64,000 nt of DNA from Octopus sinensis (Eukaryota). Made by a program: the position numbers and the translations under genes. Below, piece by piece: positions 12,016 to 26,322 of the stretch; position 1 is the first letter of the stretch; each line of letters begins with the position of its first letter. The stretch spans positions 15,314,001 through 15,378,000 of the forward strand of contig NC_042998.1 of the NCBI RefSeq assembly GCF_006345805.1, written 5' to 3'. The notes beneath the pieces were generated by a model. That model was not told the origin of the DNA, did no database searches, and saw only the letters and a program-made list of their open reading frames with translations.

Positions 12016-13145
12016 GTGAGTGTGTTATATTATAAGGTACAAAAAGAAAATGACACTCCCCAGACACAACAGAATTAACATAGCGTTTTAGCTTTCACTC
12101 CAAATATTAAAAAGTAAAATACAAAAGCAACAAAAGTTCAAAATTAAGTGATGAGAAGGAGATAAGAAATCGGTATCGAAACCCGACTGAAGCAAGTTCC
12201 AATACATTTAATACATTTCAATACATTTCCAAAAAGTCTTATGAACGAAAATTTTTCTATCCGTTTAAAATATGTCGGTGTGAGTCTCACTAAAGAAGTA
12301 GTTAATAATTAACTCCATTAACTTCAGATAAAACAAACATCTTTATATATATATATTATATATATATATATATATCAGAAATTTAATATTTCTGATTTTG
12401 GTGATCAGTGAATATATTTCACTGAAAAAATATATATATATTTCCGAAGTCTAGACAGATATCTTCAGCTAGCAGGCCTCTGCTACTCTAGACCGATGAT
12501 GAGCAAAGACCCTTAAATATGCGTGTCTCTAGATGCAGGCCTAGCTGTTGGGGGTATTTGTCTCCCCTTCGTAAATATATAAGGTCGCAGGAAATGTGTC
12601 GAGGCCGACAGGAAGCGTCGATGCTTCCTAGGGCTAAACAGCGGTGATTAATTCCCTTACTGTCACGTTCAGTTGACAGTATACAACCACTATATATATA
12701 TATCATAACAATTTAATAAATAAAACATATGCATGCATACATACATATATGTACATACCTACATCTATATGTATATATACATGCATATGAGTACACGCAA
12801 TGAGTCGAAACAGGGGCAACTGAAGAAGGGGAATGTTCCCTCTGTTGTTTGTCTTGTACTCTGTTTTTTCGTTGTTAAAAAAAGTCCGTTTCCTTGTTTA
12901 GTTTTTATGTTTTCGTTTCTTGTTGTGTTCTACGTTTATTTGTGGTGTCCTGTACTCATATATGCATGTATATATATACATATAGATGTAGGTATGTACA
13001 TATATGTATGTATGTATGTATGCATATGTTTTATTTATTAAATTGTTATTATATGATCGAACGCACGCGTCGTTGTCTTCTTCTTCTTTCTTCTTCTTCT
13101 TCTTCTTCTTCTTCTTCTTCTTCTTCTTCTTCTACTTCCAAGTAA

Positions 13146-13235
<90 letters not shown>

Positions 13236-13440
13236 CTAATGTAGGATAAAATATTTTTCGGGAAAAAAATTTTATCAATGGCCAGCGTATCAAAAATACC
13301 TTTAAAGGTCAAATTTACAAATAATTTACAAAATAAGGGCAAAAGAAAAATTCTCTTGCCAAATATGCCGAAGAAAGACAAAATTGTCAATAACCATTAT
13401 AATTCATAAATTATAATGGTTATTGACAATTTTGTCTTTT

Positions 13441-13499
<59 letters not shown>

Positions 13500-13831
13500 A
13501 ATATATATATATACATATATAGATGTATTGTTGATGTCAAAAGAAGTTAGAAACTTCGAGAAGGTGAAATGATTCATTTTAGAAATGATGAGCCTCAAAA
13601 CAAATAAAGCTATAAGTAAGTGTGGAAACCTTAGTTCCAATGAATGACCACAATCACGACATTTCTCTTGAACGGGAGACACTCAGTCTATCGCTTTGGA
13701 GCAATGTGAAATGAAGTGTATTGCTCAAGAGCATAAAACCCCTCATCCTGTCCTGGATTCGAAACCGCGATCTTGTCTTTGTGAGTTTAATGCACAAACC
13801 ACGCGCTTTGGATCTGTTATTTATCTGCTAG

Positions 13832-13901
13832 AACTGATGCTAATCGTAGATACAGTGATAGCTCTGGTAGTCTAGATGGTGGAAAACGAGAATCCTTATA
13901 A
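13832..13901 (+). CDS. Candidate terminal exon TDANRRYSDSSGSLDGGKRESL*
   Basis: Acceptor TTATTTATCTGCTAG, phase-compatible with the 11935-12015 exon, followed by UTR-like sequence. Confidence 0.45.
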
Positions 13902-14421
13902 ATACCATTAACTCTTAAAATCACACCGTCAACATTACTAAAACTACTACAACAACCACTAGCAGAAGCAACACTACTACTACTTCCACTACTACTACTA
14001 CTACTACCACCACCACCACCACCACCACCACCACCACCACCACCACCACCGATTACTATCCTCATAACTATCACCACAACGCAACAGAAGAGCATCTATA
14101 CTGATGCTCAGACACCTAGAAACGGTAGCGGAGCCGTTTCTATATATTTCATCACCATTCGAAAAAAAATTGAACATTAGACGCAGTGGTTCTAGAAACG
14201 CTATGTGTGAAACCATGACAGAATTATTAAGAACGGAACTACTACGATCACAAGTCTGCTTGACTCAGGTTAGCATTAAGCTAAACAACACACCGATACT
14301 ATTGCTACTATTACCTTCCCGGCACGGCTACAATCATTCCTTGACAGTCAACGGCGACATTAACTCTACAACACATACGCTCTAAATCACTCACTACTAT
14401 CATTCAGTTACTAAACCTATA

Positions 14422-15276
14422 TAAAGGGTGCGTAGAATAAACTGTCGTCTAAATTATGCAAAAATCAAGATAGCGCTGACATTTCATTTTAAAAGATATA
14501 TTTAACAAAATTACATGAAAATATCTTGAAATGCTAAAGTGTAAATTTACTCAATAAAATCGCCATTGGCTTCAACCACGGCCTCCAGACGACTTCGGAA
14601 TCTCCTGCAACTCTTGTGGACGTGCTCCTTGTTTAAGGTGGTGAATGCTGCCATAATTCTTGCCTTCCGTTCATCTTTGGTGTTACAAAGAGTTTTCTTG
14701 GTCTCTCGCTCAACTCCAAACCCGCACATATTTATCGAGAGACTTGCAGTGTGGGAAGTTAAGTGACCAGATGTTAGGAGTGATGGGGTCGCAGAAATTG
14801 TCTGTCAGCCATGACTGGGTTCTCCTGCGCTTGTGTGGTGTGGTGCAGAATTATTTTGCCAAACTTAGGGTGTTCCTGCAGCCACCCTCTTGACCCAGGG
14901 TAGAACTACCTCCTCTAGACACGTGATGTAGGCCTCCGTGCCTAGTCTGAGGCCGTGTGGGAAGATAAATGGGGGCATAGCATTTCCATCACTATTGATC
15001 ACTGCAAACAACATGATGTTAACTGGATGTTTGACTTTTATCACTCTCGGTACATGTCCTCAGATTGATGCCATAACAATCTGAGATGTTCGTAATGGAG
15101 CTTCCGGTGCGAATGCCGAGCAGTAGTGAGAATTGTGTCATGGTGCTGTTTTTCTCATTGTCGGTGCCCAACTGACCCTACTATACTGTGTAGTCGACAA
15201 AATCAAAAGCAAACAATGCACATCCGCGAAATTAAAGATTTTAAATATGGCGACAATTAACTCATTACACTTTGTA
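14422..15276 (-). mobile_element. Internally deleted maT/DD37D mariner-like transposon with both TIRs
   Basis: C-terminus VERETKKTLCNTKDERKARIMAAF..RRFRSRLEAVVEANGDFIE*, catalytic region IMLFAVINSDGNAMPPFIFPHG, N-terminal MTQF piece. TIR-like GGGTGCG..AA.TGTCG at both ends. Confidence 0.85.
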
Positions 15277-15281
15277 TATAC

Positions 15282-15317
<36 letters not shown>

Positions 15318-16045
15318 CACTATATATCCCCTGGATGTACTTTCTCAAGTCGACTACAGCAGTACAGCAGCTTTCTCTCTCTTTCAATTATATGTTTACG
15401 TAAATTAAGATATACAGAATGCTTATCTTGTCTGATATTGACCGCTTTGTAGTTTATAAGTGATATATATATATATAATTAAGATTCAGTTGAATTAGGT
15501 ACTTAGGTTGAGGCACCAAGTTCATCGGGTAGCTCGAAGTTAGGTGAAGAAAAAGCAAATAAATAACAAGTCTGTCCAGGTATCAGTGCATCCTGGAATC
15601 CCTATTTTCTTTATATATATATCGAGAGTGAAAGAGAGAGGGAGAGAAAGATGGGGAGAGAGAGAATGTGAGAGGGAGAGAGAGAGGGAGAAAGAGAGAT
15701 GACATTCGTTTAGGCATTGCGAGTCTAATAACCTGATGTAGAACTCAATATAAACATGCCTCAGACGAAGGACGTCCCGGAAAAAAAAATGTTTAAATGA
15801 CCCCCCCCACCCAGAAGTAGAGGTAGGCTGGATTGTAGCCACACTTCCCTACAAGAGGGAGGACACGATACAATTGAGCGAAATTACAAGAGACAGGTTA
15901 ACAATTCCAGTCTGTTATATATTTTGAGTATTGTTATCACTAGCGATATCAAGATATAACTTTCTATTTTGTATTTTATGTGTAAATGTATATATATAGA
16001 TGTACATGTATTATGTACACATATATATACACATATATACATGCA

Positions 16046-16085
16046 CTAGCACTATGACCCGGCAACGACGGGTCTTTAATCCTAG
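16046..16085 (+). mobile_element. Helitron-like 3' terminus
   Basis: Hairpin GACCCG-GCAACGA-CGGGTC followed 7 nt later by CTAG, in an AT-rich context. Confidence 0.55.
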
Positions 16086-16401
16086 TATATATATATATAT
16101 ATACAGTTAAAACACTCCTGTCACAACCTGAGACCTTGAAGAATGCTTTAATGCAAGAAAGTACACTAGTCCCTTAATATTTGATATTCAATATTTCATC
16201 TATTCACTAAGACAATCAATACTTCGTTTCATTATACTATATATACTATTTATACTATATATTATATATTCTACATTAATATATATCGAAGAATACAAAT
16301 AAAACATTAAAAAAACAGATATAGTTGGAATTCCTTTGAATAATATATATCCCTCTATACACAATCACACAACCCCCTTTTTATTTATATATATACAGAT
16401 A

Positions 16402-16444
<43 letters not shown>

Positions 16445-16699
16445 GCGTGTGTTTATATCATGTACATACATAAGTAGTTGTCTACATACTTAGACACACA
16501 CACACACACGCACGCACACACACACACACACACATAGATAATTGCTGTGTTTTGCACAAGGGTGGAAGAAAGAGAACTCAGAGACTAAAGTGGTGGCTTT
16601 CATCGGTAAAAATGGCGAGAAGAGAGACTGAAGAGAACGATGTTTGCCTCCGAGGCACCGCCCAAAGTTTTATAAATACATTGATTCGAAAATGTAATC

Positions 16700-16997
16700 C
16701 TTCGATACATCATGATGTTGAGTGGATCTTTGATTGTTATCACTATCGCTACGTGTTCTGGGATTAACACCGAAAAACTGCAATGTTCGCATTGGGGCTT
16801 CCGGTGAAAATACCAAGCAGTACTGCCAGTCGTTTCCAATTTCTAGCAGAGTGAAATGCGTCATGGTGCTGCTTTTGTCACAGACGGTTGCCCAACTTAT
16901 CCTTCTATACTGTGTATTCGACAAAATCAAAACCAAACAATGCATATTCGCAAAGTTGAAAAAATATAAAATGGCGACAATTTACTCATCGCACCCC

Positions 16998-17000
<3 letters not shown>
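16700..17000 (-). mobile_element. Second maT/mariner deletion derivative (5' TIR and N-terminus)
   Basis: Homologous to 15010-15276. TIR ATGGCGACAATTTACTCATCGCACCCCGTA abuts (TA)n. Confidence 0.85.
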
Positions 17001-17068
<68 letters not shown>

Positions 17069-17091
17069 GTATATATATATATATGTATATA

Positions 17092-17127
<36 letters not shown>

Positions 17128-17431
17128 CATGCATAATATAATGGTGATTTACACTTGGTTGAAATAATGCAAATATTTTTGAAAGTGGACTTTCAAATAA
17201 ACTTCCTTATATTCTTCTACATACTTAATAACGTGATCAAGGCTTCAAACATTCTAAATTGAATATTGCATTATTTATGAATAAGACAGTGGTTGCTGAG
17301 GAAGAAAATAACATTCATACATAATAAACTAACCCAGCTATCTAATTATAAACTTCATTTTCTTTGTTTGTCAGATCATCATTTTCATAATAATTATCAT
17401 CCTCACCATCATCATCATCATCATGCTTATG

Positions 17432-17468
<37 letters not shown>

Positions 17469-19012
17469 GTTTTCTTTTTCTTATTATTAGTTTTTTTCCT
17501 TCTTAATATTTAGGCGATATTTTCCTTACTCGCACGGGAATGGATTTTAAAAATTCTATATTAATTAGTTTTGTCATAAAAAAATTATTTTAATTGGCCA
17601 GCCGGAAAAAAATGCAAATTAAGTTTAATGTGTATTTACATAATGTCCTAAGCTGATGACTCTAAAAAAATAAGAATAATGAAAAAAGTAGAAAATCGAA
17701 TTAGTATAGGAAGAAAGTAAAACAGAAAAATATCATTAGTTATATGTATTTTTTTGTGTGCGTCTGTTTATTGAGAGTGACTTTTGAAATGAAGTAGACT
17801 TATTTCTTATAAAATTTCTTTAAAGAGTGTAGAAGAAAAAAAAAAACAGACAAATATTTTTGGATAGCTTCTAATACCAATAGAACGAAATGCTGTTACA
17901 TTCTGAATGCTAATATAGTTTGTCTTATAACTGCTAGTGTAAGAGAAAATTGTTTTTTTTAATGGAGTTCAACATAGAATATTGATTATACGCTAACTCT
18001 AGTCCATTAGAATTTAGGAGTGTTAAGCAATTTATTTTTTATAGAATTTGTATTACTTTATATATTTCTCCGTGTTCTTTTCAAATATATTGCTCCAAAA
18101 TGTTATATTGTTTTAGCTTATTACTGTTAGTAAGTATTTTTCTTCTCAAATCTACTCGAGTAGACGTTTATAGCAGAAATATCTCATGAGACTAAGTGCT
18201 TTGAAGTGACAATTAGATCCAACACACCTCATTTACGAGGTTTCTATTTAAGTACGAACTGCCTAATTGCTTCTTCACATATGAAGTGTGTTTGAATAAT
18301 CTAGTAATAAGCTGTTTCTACTTTTCTACCTTCATTTTAGTGTGTCATGTTGGGTATACAATCGCGATGTCTGCTGTGTGAATATATCATTATTTATGAT
18401 CGCTTTGCATGGTGTTAATCATAGAACTGGTTGTACTATGGTCACAGTGTGATGGTCATCCCAGTTTCCGACCTCAATAATCTTAACTAGAATGCACAAG
18501 GCTCTCGTGGTTTGCAAGTTCCAAATATTTGCACACATTACTAAAACAAAATTACATTAAACTTTAGTGTTAAACTTTCCTTAATACATAATAGTGTAAG
18601 GTTTGTTTTTTAAATGATCAGATCTTAGGATGATATGTATTCAGTTCTCAGTACAAATTATGTTAATTATCCACTACCAGTTCAGCAGGAATATTTTCAC
18701 GTTGAACAATACCTGCATCTATTTAAGGAGTTTCGACTGATCGGCCTCTAGAACCTCATCTATAAAATCTACATATCAAAACCATGAAAATATTTAATCG
18801 TATGTAATTCTTTAGCCACTTGTATATAAACTGTTGTTTTGTTCCTACTGATCTAAATAATTTGGATATTCCAGTTAGCGTATGAATTAACATATTTCTT
18901 TTTTATTTTATGGTCATTAGCAAGTGGGGAATATGTCATTAGATACGACTGTTTGGAAGCTAGTAGTACAAAATTTCCATTTGTAATTCATTATTTCTTT
19001 TTTATTTTGTAG

Positions 19013-19154
19013 CATTTCTACAGTTGTGCTGGGTTCGCTCATTCTTGCACTGAAGCGACCAAGGTGTTGTTCCAATGGACACATCCCTACATCTCACATT
19101 AGAAGCAAAGCATTCCAGCTGGTGGATGAAGACTCCGTTTCCTGGCATGAATAA
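19013..19154 (+). CDS. Candidate terminal exon ISTVVLGSLILALKRPRCCSNGHIPTSHIRSKAFQLVDEDSVSWHE* (partial TM helix plus cytoplasmic tail)
   Basis: Strong acceptor TTATTTCTTTTTTATTTTGTAG. Hydrophobic run, basic KRPR, CC, acidic end. GC-richer than the flanks. Confidence 0.5.
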
Positions 19155-20073
19155 GCCGATAGAATCCCAGAACTGTAGTTTGAACACAGTCTCCAAACAC
19201 TTGAAACGATCCCACTGGACCTCTTGTTCAAATCTTCGGCAATTTCATCAATTTATTGCTCTGGATTGATATTTGATTTTGTCAAATCCGAAATTATGAA
19301 ATGCATAGATGACTTCAAAGGGATTTAAAGAGCAAAGAATCAAAAATTATATCGCAAATCATTGTTTCCCAGTGGTTCTCAAGCTGAGGCAAGCCCCTTC
19401 CTCTCAGAAAAAAAGAATATTGGTGAAGATTTTGTCATTGCCCTTTTATTTATGGGAAGAAAATTACTGCTTGCATCCATATTCAGTGTTGTTCCTTCAT
19501 CGCTGCGTTGGACAAATTTCAAAAGATCTTAATTTCATTTAACATAGCAAATTGTCCGGCCGCATTTCGATCTCCACAGGACTACGCGCAATGAACAACA
19601 CTGCTTTATGCAACTTTCTAACGTCTCCACCAATTCGCATGGTTTTTTTTTATTTCTTAAATAACCAAACAAATAATATTTGCCATTATGCTTTAGTAAA
19701 ATGAATTTATCATCACTGAATCAATTAACCAGCATCCACCATTCATCGCATGACCACACACTGCTCGTTTGTAGAAAAGAGCACGAATCAGAAGCACGCA
19801 TATTCTTTTTCTCCAATCCATCTGAATGCCTGTCCATCATCAAAAGAAACTAAACGGATAAATTTCCACTTGCCGTTTCGATTTTTGTTACAACCGTTTC
19901 ATATATCACTAATTTCCTCCACAAACGCATGACAGTATTACATTTCCATCTGCAAACACAAAAGTAAATAAATTGATATATAAATAAATCGGCAACTCTA
20001 CCAATTACCTTTTCTATTTTTCTTCTTTATTTCTTTATTTCATTCTTCATATATTTATCTATCATCTATCTAT

Positions 20074-20110
<37 letters not shown>

Positions 20111-20153
20111 GTGTGTATATCTTACTATATGTATATCTATCTATCAATATATA

Positions 20154-20200
<47 letters not shown>

Positions 20201-21643
20201 ATATATATATCTATATATATATATATTATATATATATATATCTGTCACTTTACGAACTGCTTTCGAATAGATATGTGCTATATACTAAATCATTCCGTTC
20301 ATACTGTGATGCACGTTTTATTTTTTTTTTAGAAAATCGAGGTAAGGCGTGAGGGAAATATTTGAGAAATACGGTTCTAAATTATAATTTAACTTCTGTT
20401 TTCACTAGATCCTCATAGTTTATTTTTTAAATCATGCTCTTGCTTTTTTTTACACTCTCCGTCATTTGAATAAAAACAAAATTACTTCTGCGCTTCTATT
20501 CTTTTTTAGAAATTTACATTCATTACTTGCCAATGTTGTTCGTCTATACACAATTCCCCTCTCGTAACTCTTTCCTCATTTTATAATATATCCATTCTGA
20601 ATCTCTACACCAGAACACTTGAGTTAACCCTTCAACACAACATGTTCATAAACCCACGTTCTTCCAGTCTTGTTTACTCTTTTCCTTCTCCTCCTCTCTC
20701 TCTCTTTCTCTCTTACTATTTCTATTTCCCCTGATTGATTTCGTTCTTTTCAATTCTTTACATTATTCTCGATCACTCCTTTCACTGAAGTATCATTTTA
20801 TTCTGTTATTGCATTCTCTGCTCTTCTTTCATTGCCGCACCTGAGTGTTTAAAAATTTCACCATTATTTTAGTACTTCTCCCCACTTTATTGGGCATTTC
20901 TTTCTTTCGTTCTTTTCTTTTTAATTCTCCACCTCTCTCTCAGCCTCTTTCTTATTCGTCCCCTTTATCCTATCCTTATAGCAAGCGATAACCAAAAATG
21001 TTCCGAATAAAATGTCCTCACTTCAATAAAGGCTTGCCATTTAGTTCTCGGCTAGACTTCCCTTGCACAAATGCCTGGATTGCGAGAGATATAGACCAGG
21101 ACATATATATAAGAATGGTTTTGTTTTGGATTAACACAACTATTCTGGGTTGTGTTTGATTATCTTCTGAACCAAAACGTAATTTGTTAGGTTACTCTAG
21201 CATTTATCACAAAAATCACACACAAAAAAAACAAAAACAAAAGACAAAAGACCAAAAACAATAATAAAGCATTAAAAAACAAAGTAATATAAAATAAAAT
21301 AAAACGAAATATCGACTGCATTTGACCCGTGAATCAAGCTTAATGACGGCGAGTTATACAATGATGTTCATGCACTGGCAAGATTTGAACGTAAGACATT
21401 AACCATATAAGGCATTTAATCCATCGTACTACTGTTCATTTTTTATTATATTGACATCGTAACATAGATTTTATAAAATGTGGGTAATAGTCAAGGGAAA
21501 TAACCCTAGTAATTTTGCTTGTACTTAATTTATAAGTCCTTTACAAGAAGCAAACTTGTTCTCAGAAATAAAAATAGCGGAAGGGAAAGTATACTCTTTG
21601 AAAGTATACTCTTTGACTTCTGCTGGAGATTGGCTGTTAAATA

Positions 21644-22047
21644 TTCTTTACTCTTTCATTTGTTTCAGTCATTTGACTATGGCCATGCTAGAGCACCGCC
21701 TTTTGTCGAGCAAATCGACCCTAGGACATATTTTTGTAAGCCGGGTACTTAATCTATCGGTCTCTTTTGCTGAACCGCTAAGTTACGGGGAGGTAAACAC
21801 ACCAGTATCGGTTGTCAAGCGATGCTGGGGGGAAAAACAGAAACAAACATATATACACACATACATATATATATACATATATACGACGGGCTTCTTTCAG
21901 TTTCCATCTACCAAATCCACTCACAAGGCTTTGGTTGGCCTGAGGCTATAGTAGAAGACACTTGCCCAAGGTGCCATGCAGTGGGACTGAACCCGGAACC
22001 ATGTGGTTGGTAAGCAAGCTACTTAGCACACACCCACACCTGCGCCT
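21644..22047 (-). mobile_element. SINE family B (CORE-like, tRNA-derived)
   Basis: Head AGGCGCAGG..GTGGTAAG, GGTTCAGTCCC, CCTTGGGCAAGTGTCTTC core, central (TA/CA)n, CAGTCAAATGACTGAAAC tail. Confidence 0.9.
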
Positions 22048-23449
22048 ATGGTAATATTTTTTAGATGCCAGTAATAAAGAGTATTCTTGGCATTTCCCTT
22101 TCTGTCTATGTTATTGCAACCAAGTTATGTTTCATTAAGGAGAGTCTATTTTCAGCTTGAACCATATGCTCTAGACAAGTGAAGGTTTAAGCCATGCGCG
22201 CGTAGCCTTTGCTTATGACATGGCCTTGTTTATTTCGGTGGTGTTTCATATAGTTGCAACAAGCTGTTCTTGTGCTATGGTTGTTGTTGGCGCTAGAGTC
22301 GGTGATGGAGTCGTAATTACCGCTAGACGATACATCTTAGTTATGTAGTTGCTGGTGTATTTTTTTCCAGTGTTATTAAACCAAGCTCAGCTGGAGATTA
22401 GTGTGTCGATGTTGTTGTTGCTTCTACTACTACTTTACTACTGCTGCCGTTGATAATGTTGACGCTCTGACTTGAAACTGGCAGCGCCTGGGGATTCTTG
22501 ATATTGAAATTGATGAATTGGGAACTGCTGCTGTTGCAGGTATATTGTCGAAAATTGCGTTGTAAATCTTTCAAACTCAATGTGGCAACGTTATCGCAGC
22601 TGTCATCAAATTCTCAGTTGGAAAGACGAAGCCTGGTGATACATTGCTGCCACGCTGTTGAGAGACCTTACAAAATGTATGACCTTATTTGTATACGTTC
22701 TTTACCTGAAATGACTCTCCTTTCCCTTTCTCACAGTTCACGTTATCGTACATTAGTTTCTAAGGGGCCTTTTACTTCTCGATTCTCAGAAAAACGTTGT
22801 ACTTTGAAAGTAAAAAAAAAAGAAAAAGAAAATTAATATAGATTATTCAATCCAAAGAGGGAATAGAAAAAAAATGGTTGAAAGAAAAGAAATCGCTAAA
22901 TGATGATGAATTTTCCGTTCTATAAAACTGATAATGAATATCAATGAAAAGACATCCCTATTCGGGCAAATAAAACTACAATTTCGCAAATATTATTGGG
23001 TTGTCTCGAAGTGTGACTTTCGTGCCTCATTGGAATAGTAAAACGAATGACTGGCTTTGAGTTTAAAGGTCTATGTTAGTGGATTTTATGGATCCTAGTT
23101 GTTTACATGGAGATTATTTCATCGAATTCACAAGGGCAAAAGGCAAAACTGATAGTGACAGAGGTTCACCCCCAAAAGGCAACTAAAACGGTAGTGCATT
23201 TCAAACGAGGATTAAACGCTTTCACCCAGACTCTGGTTTACAAATCGTTAAGACAAGCAAATACATAAATTTGTCGGGAATGGTGAGTTGCCTAATTGGT
23301 ATCTTATTTCATTGGGTCCAGAAATGATATAGACCTTGGCGCCATTTGAACTCAGAATATAAATAGTTATAACGATATGCTGTAGGTCAAATGATTTACC
23401 AGTTTGTCAGAGTAAATGCATAACAATAACAATTAGGGTGGTGTTGATG

Positions 23450-23482
23450 ATGCTGAATATAATAATAATAATACTAATAATG

Positions 23483-23551
<69 letters not shown>

Positions 23552-23571
23552 TATTGATAATAATAATAATA

Positions 23572-23640
<69 letters not shown>
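23450..23640 (+). repeat. (AAT)n microsatellite
   Basis: Directly visible. It forms the 5' flank of an R4-like element. Confidence 0.95.
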
Positions 23641-23643
<3 letters not shown>

Positions 23644-25815
23644 CTGCCTCCCTACTATGTTCAAGGCATTTACTGCAGTGATATCACAAAGGCTGAACAA
23701 GCACCTGGACGAAAACAAACTGTGTCCCCGAAGAGCAGAAAGGATGCCGCAAAGGCTCATATGGCTGTAAAGATCAACTAATGATTAATAAAGCCATAAC
23801 TGAAGACAGCCACAGAAAGAAGAGAAAGGCCTCAGTATGGCCTGGATTGACTACAAAAAGGCGTTTGATAGCATCCCCCACACATGGATCCTCGAAACAC
23901 TAGCCATTAACAAAGTAGCACCAACAATCATAAAATTCATAGAGCACTCTATGAATAAATGGCAAACAGTCCTACACCTCCAAACAAAAGAGGGACTCAT
24001 GAAAACCAAAGACATCCCCATTAGAAGAGGAATATTCCAGGGAGACACGCTCTCTCCACTCCTTTTCTGCTTGGCACTGTCACCTCTATCTGATATGCTA
24101 AATAGAACTGGATGCGGATATAAATGTTACGGCAAAACGATCAGCCACCTTTTATATATGGATGACCTAAAACTATACGCTGCAAATGACAAACAGCTGG
24201 AAACACTATTAAAGACAGTTCATGGATTTACCAAAGAAATAGATATGAATTTGGATTAGATTAGAAAAATGCGCCAAAGTAACCATGAAAAGAGGAAAAC
24301 TAATTAAGAGTAACAACATCACACTAGATAAAACCAATGAAATAAAAGAATTAGACCAAGCCAAACTTACAAATACTTAGGAATCCATGAACTAGATAAG
24401 ACACAACACACACAAATGAAAGAGAAAATAAAAAAGATATTATAGACGAGTTAGATCAATACTAAACACAGAGCTCAATGCTAAAAACAAGATAATAGGT
24501 ATCAACACTTTAGCTGTCCCAGTTATAAGTTACAGCTACATATCCTAACTGACGACACGAAATGAACTGACCAAAATTGATAGGAAAACAAGAAAAATAA
24601 TGACAGTATCTAGGATGCATCACCCAAAATCTGACATAGAAAGACTATATATACAACGTATAGAAGGTGGTAGAGGCCCATACAGCTGGAAAACTACTAT
24701 AAAATAACCACCATAGGACTGCAAAAATATCTACTTCAGAAGGAAGGAAAACTGATCCAGATAGCAGCAAAACACGAGCAAAACAAAAAACTGTTCTCAG
24801 TATTTAAGGAAGCTGACAAATACAAACAAGAAATTATACCACCTAATAAACATGAAGAAGAAGAAGAAGAAGAAGAAGAAAAGAAACAACAAAAGCTATA
24901 AAACAAATGAAATCCAAACTTAAAAAGAACATCAACGAACCATGATAAAACGATGGCAAGAAAAGCCCCTTCATGGTAAATACTGGACTAAACTAAACGC
25001 AAAAGAAATAGACAAAGAAAAATCCCAGCAATGGTTGAGAAGCTCAGGGCTCAAAGCAGAAACAGAGGGATTTTAATTGCAGCACAAGACCAAAGCCTCC
25101 CCACCAGAAATTACCAAAAACATGTAATGAAAAGAAATATTACAAGTAACTGCAGAATATGTGGAGATGGACAAGAAACAATAAATCATATTATCTCTAG
25201 CTGCCCAGTCCTGGCTAAGAAGGAATATATTCACAGACATGACAGAGTTGGAACCTACATACATTGGAAGCTATGCCAACATTATGGAATAACAACAGAA
25301 AAAAAGATGGTATAGGCACACACCAGAAAAGGTCACAGAAAACGAGAAAGCAACCATACTCTGGGATATGCCGATACACACAGACAGAGAAATTAAGGCC
25401 AACAGACCAGATATAGTTGTCAGAGACCATGAAGAAAAAAAATGCTTTCTAATTGATGTATCAATACCGGCTGATGACAACGTGTCTCTAAAAGAAATGG
25501 AGAAACTCTCAAAATACAAAGACCTGGAAATAGAGGTAACTAGAATGTGGAATCTGAAAACAGAAACAATTCCTATCATAGTAGGTGCATTAGGCATGAT
25601 AAAAAAATATTCAGACAAATACATAACAAAAACACCAGGACTTACAAACACATATAACATACAGAAAATTGCACTACTAGGCACTGCGCACATCCTACGC
25701 AGAACACTTTCCATACAATAACCATCAGAGCATCACAACAAATCACAGCACATACCCAAGGCACACAGAGCTGCGCTCGGTAGTGAAGTGAAAGCACGCT
25801 ATAAAAATAAAACTA

Positions 25816-25821
<6 letters not shown>
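23641..25821 (+). mobile_element. R4/Dong-like RLE non-LTR retrotransposon, family 1, 5'-truncated and frameshifted
   Basis: AWIDYKKAFDSIPH, RGIFQGDTLSPLLF, HLLYMDDLKLY (RT); CRICGDGQETINHIISSC..RHD (CCHC); RPDIVVRD..LIDVSIP (RLE); LQKIALLGTAHILRR. (AAT)n on both sides. Confidence 0.95.
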
Positions 25822-25884
<63 letters not shown>

Positions 25885-25924
25885 TGATTTCAAAATTTGA
25901 CACAAGGTTAGCGAATTCAGAGGA

Positions 25925-26322
25925 AGGGATAAGTCAATTATATCGACCTCAGTATTTCACTGGTACCTAATTTATGGACTCTGAAAAGATGAAAAGTATA
26001 GCCCACCTCGGCGGAATTAGAACTGAGGAAGTAAAGATGGACAAAATGCTTCTAAGCAGTATCCCCGGCGTGCTAACGATTCTGCCACCTCGGCGCCGTA
26101 ATAATAATAAAAATAATAATAACAATAAATTTTTGCCACAAGGGCAGTTTGAAGGAGGTGGGGATGAGTTGGTTACATCGACTCCAGCGTTCAGCTGGTA
26201 CTTATTTTATTGACCCCGAAGGATGAAATGCAAAATTGAATTTGAACTCAGAACGTAGCGACGGGTGGAGTGCCGCTAAGCATTTCGTCCAGTGCACTAA
26301 CGATACTGTCAGCTCGCTTGCC

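Noticed and set aside
15768-15790. CAGACGAAGGACGTCCCGGAAA hammerhead-like string
   Set aside because: Core altered, no loop in helix II, no cleavage triplet.
22200-22670. Minus-strand ORF or terminal exon candidate (LSLKDLQRNFRQY...)
   Set aside because: Three frames are equally plausible, and the composition resembles a decayed triplet repeat like 36400-36620.
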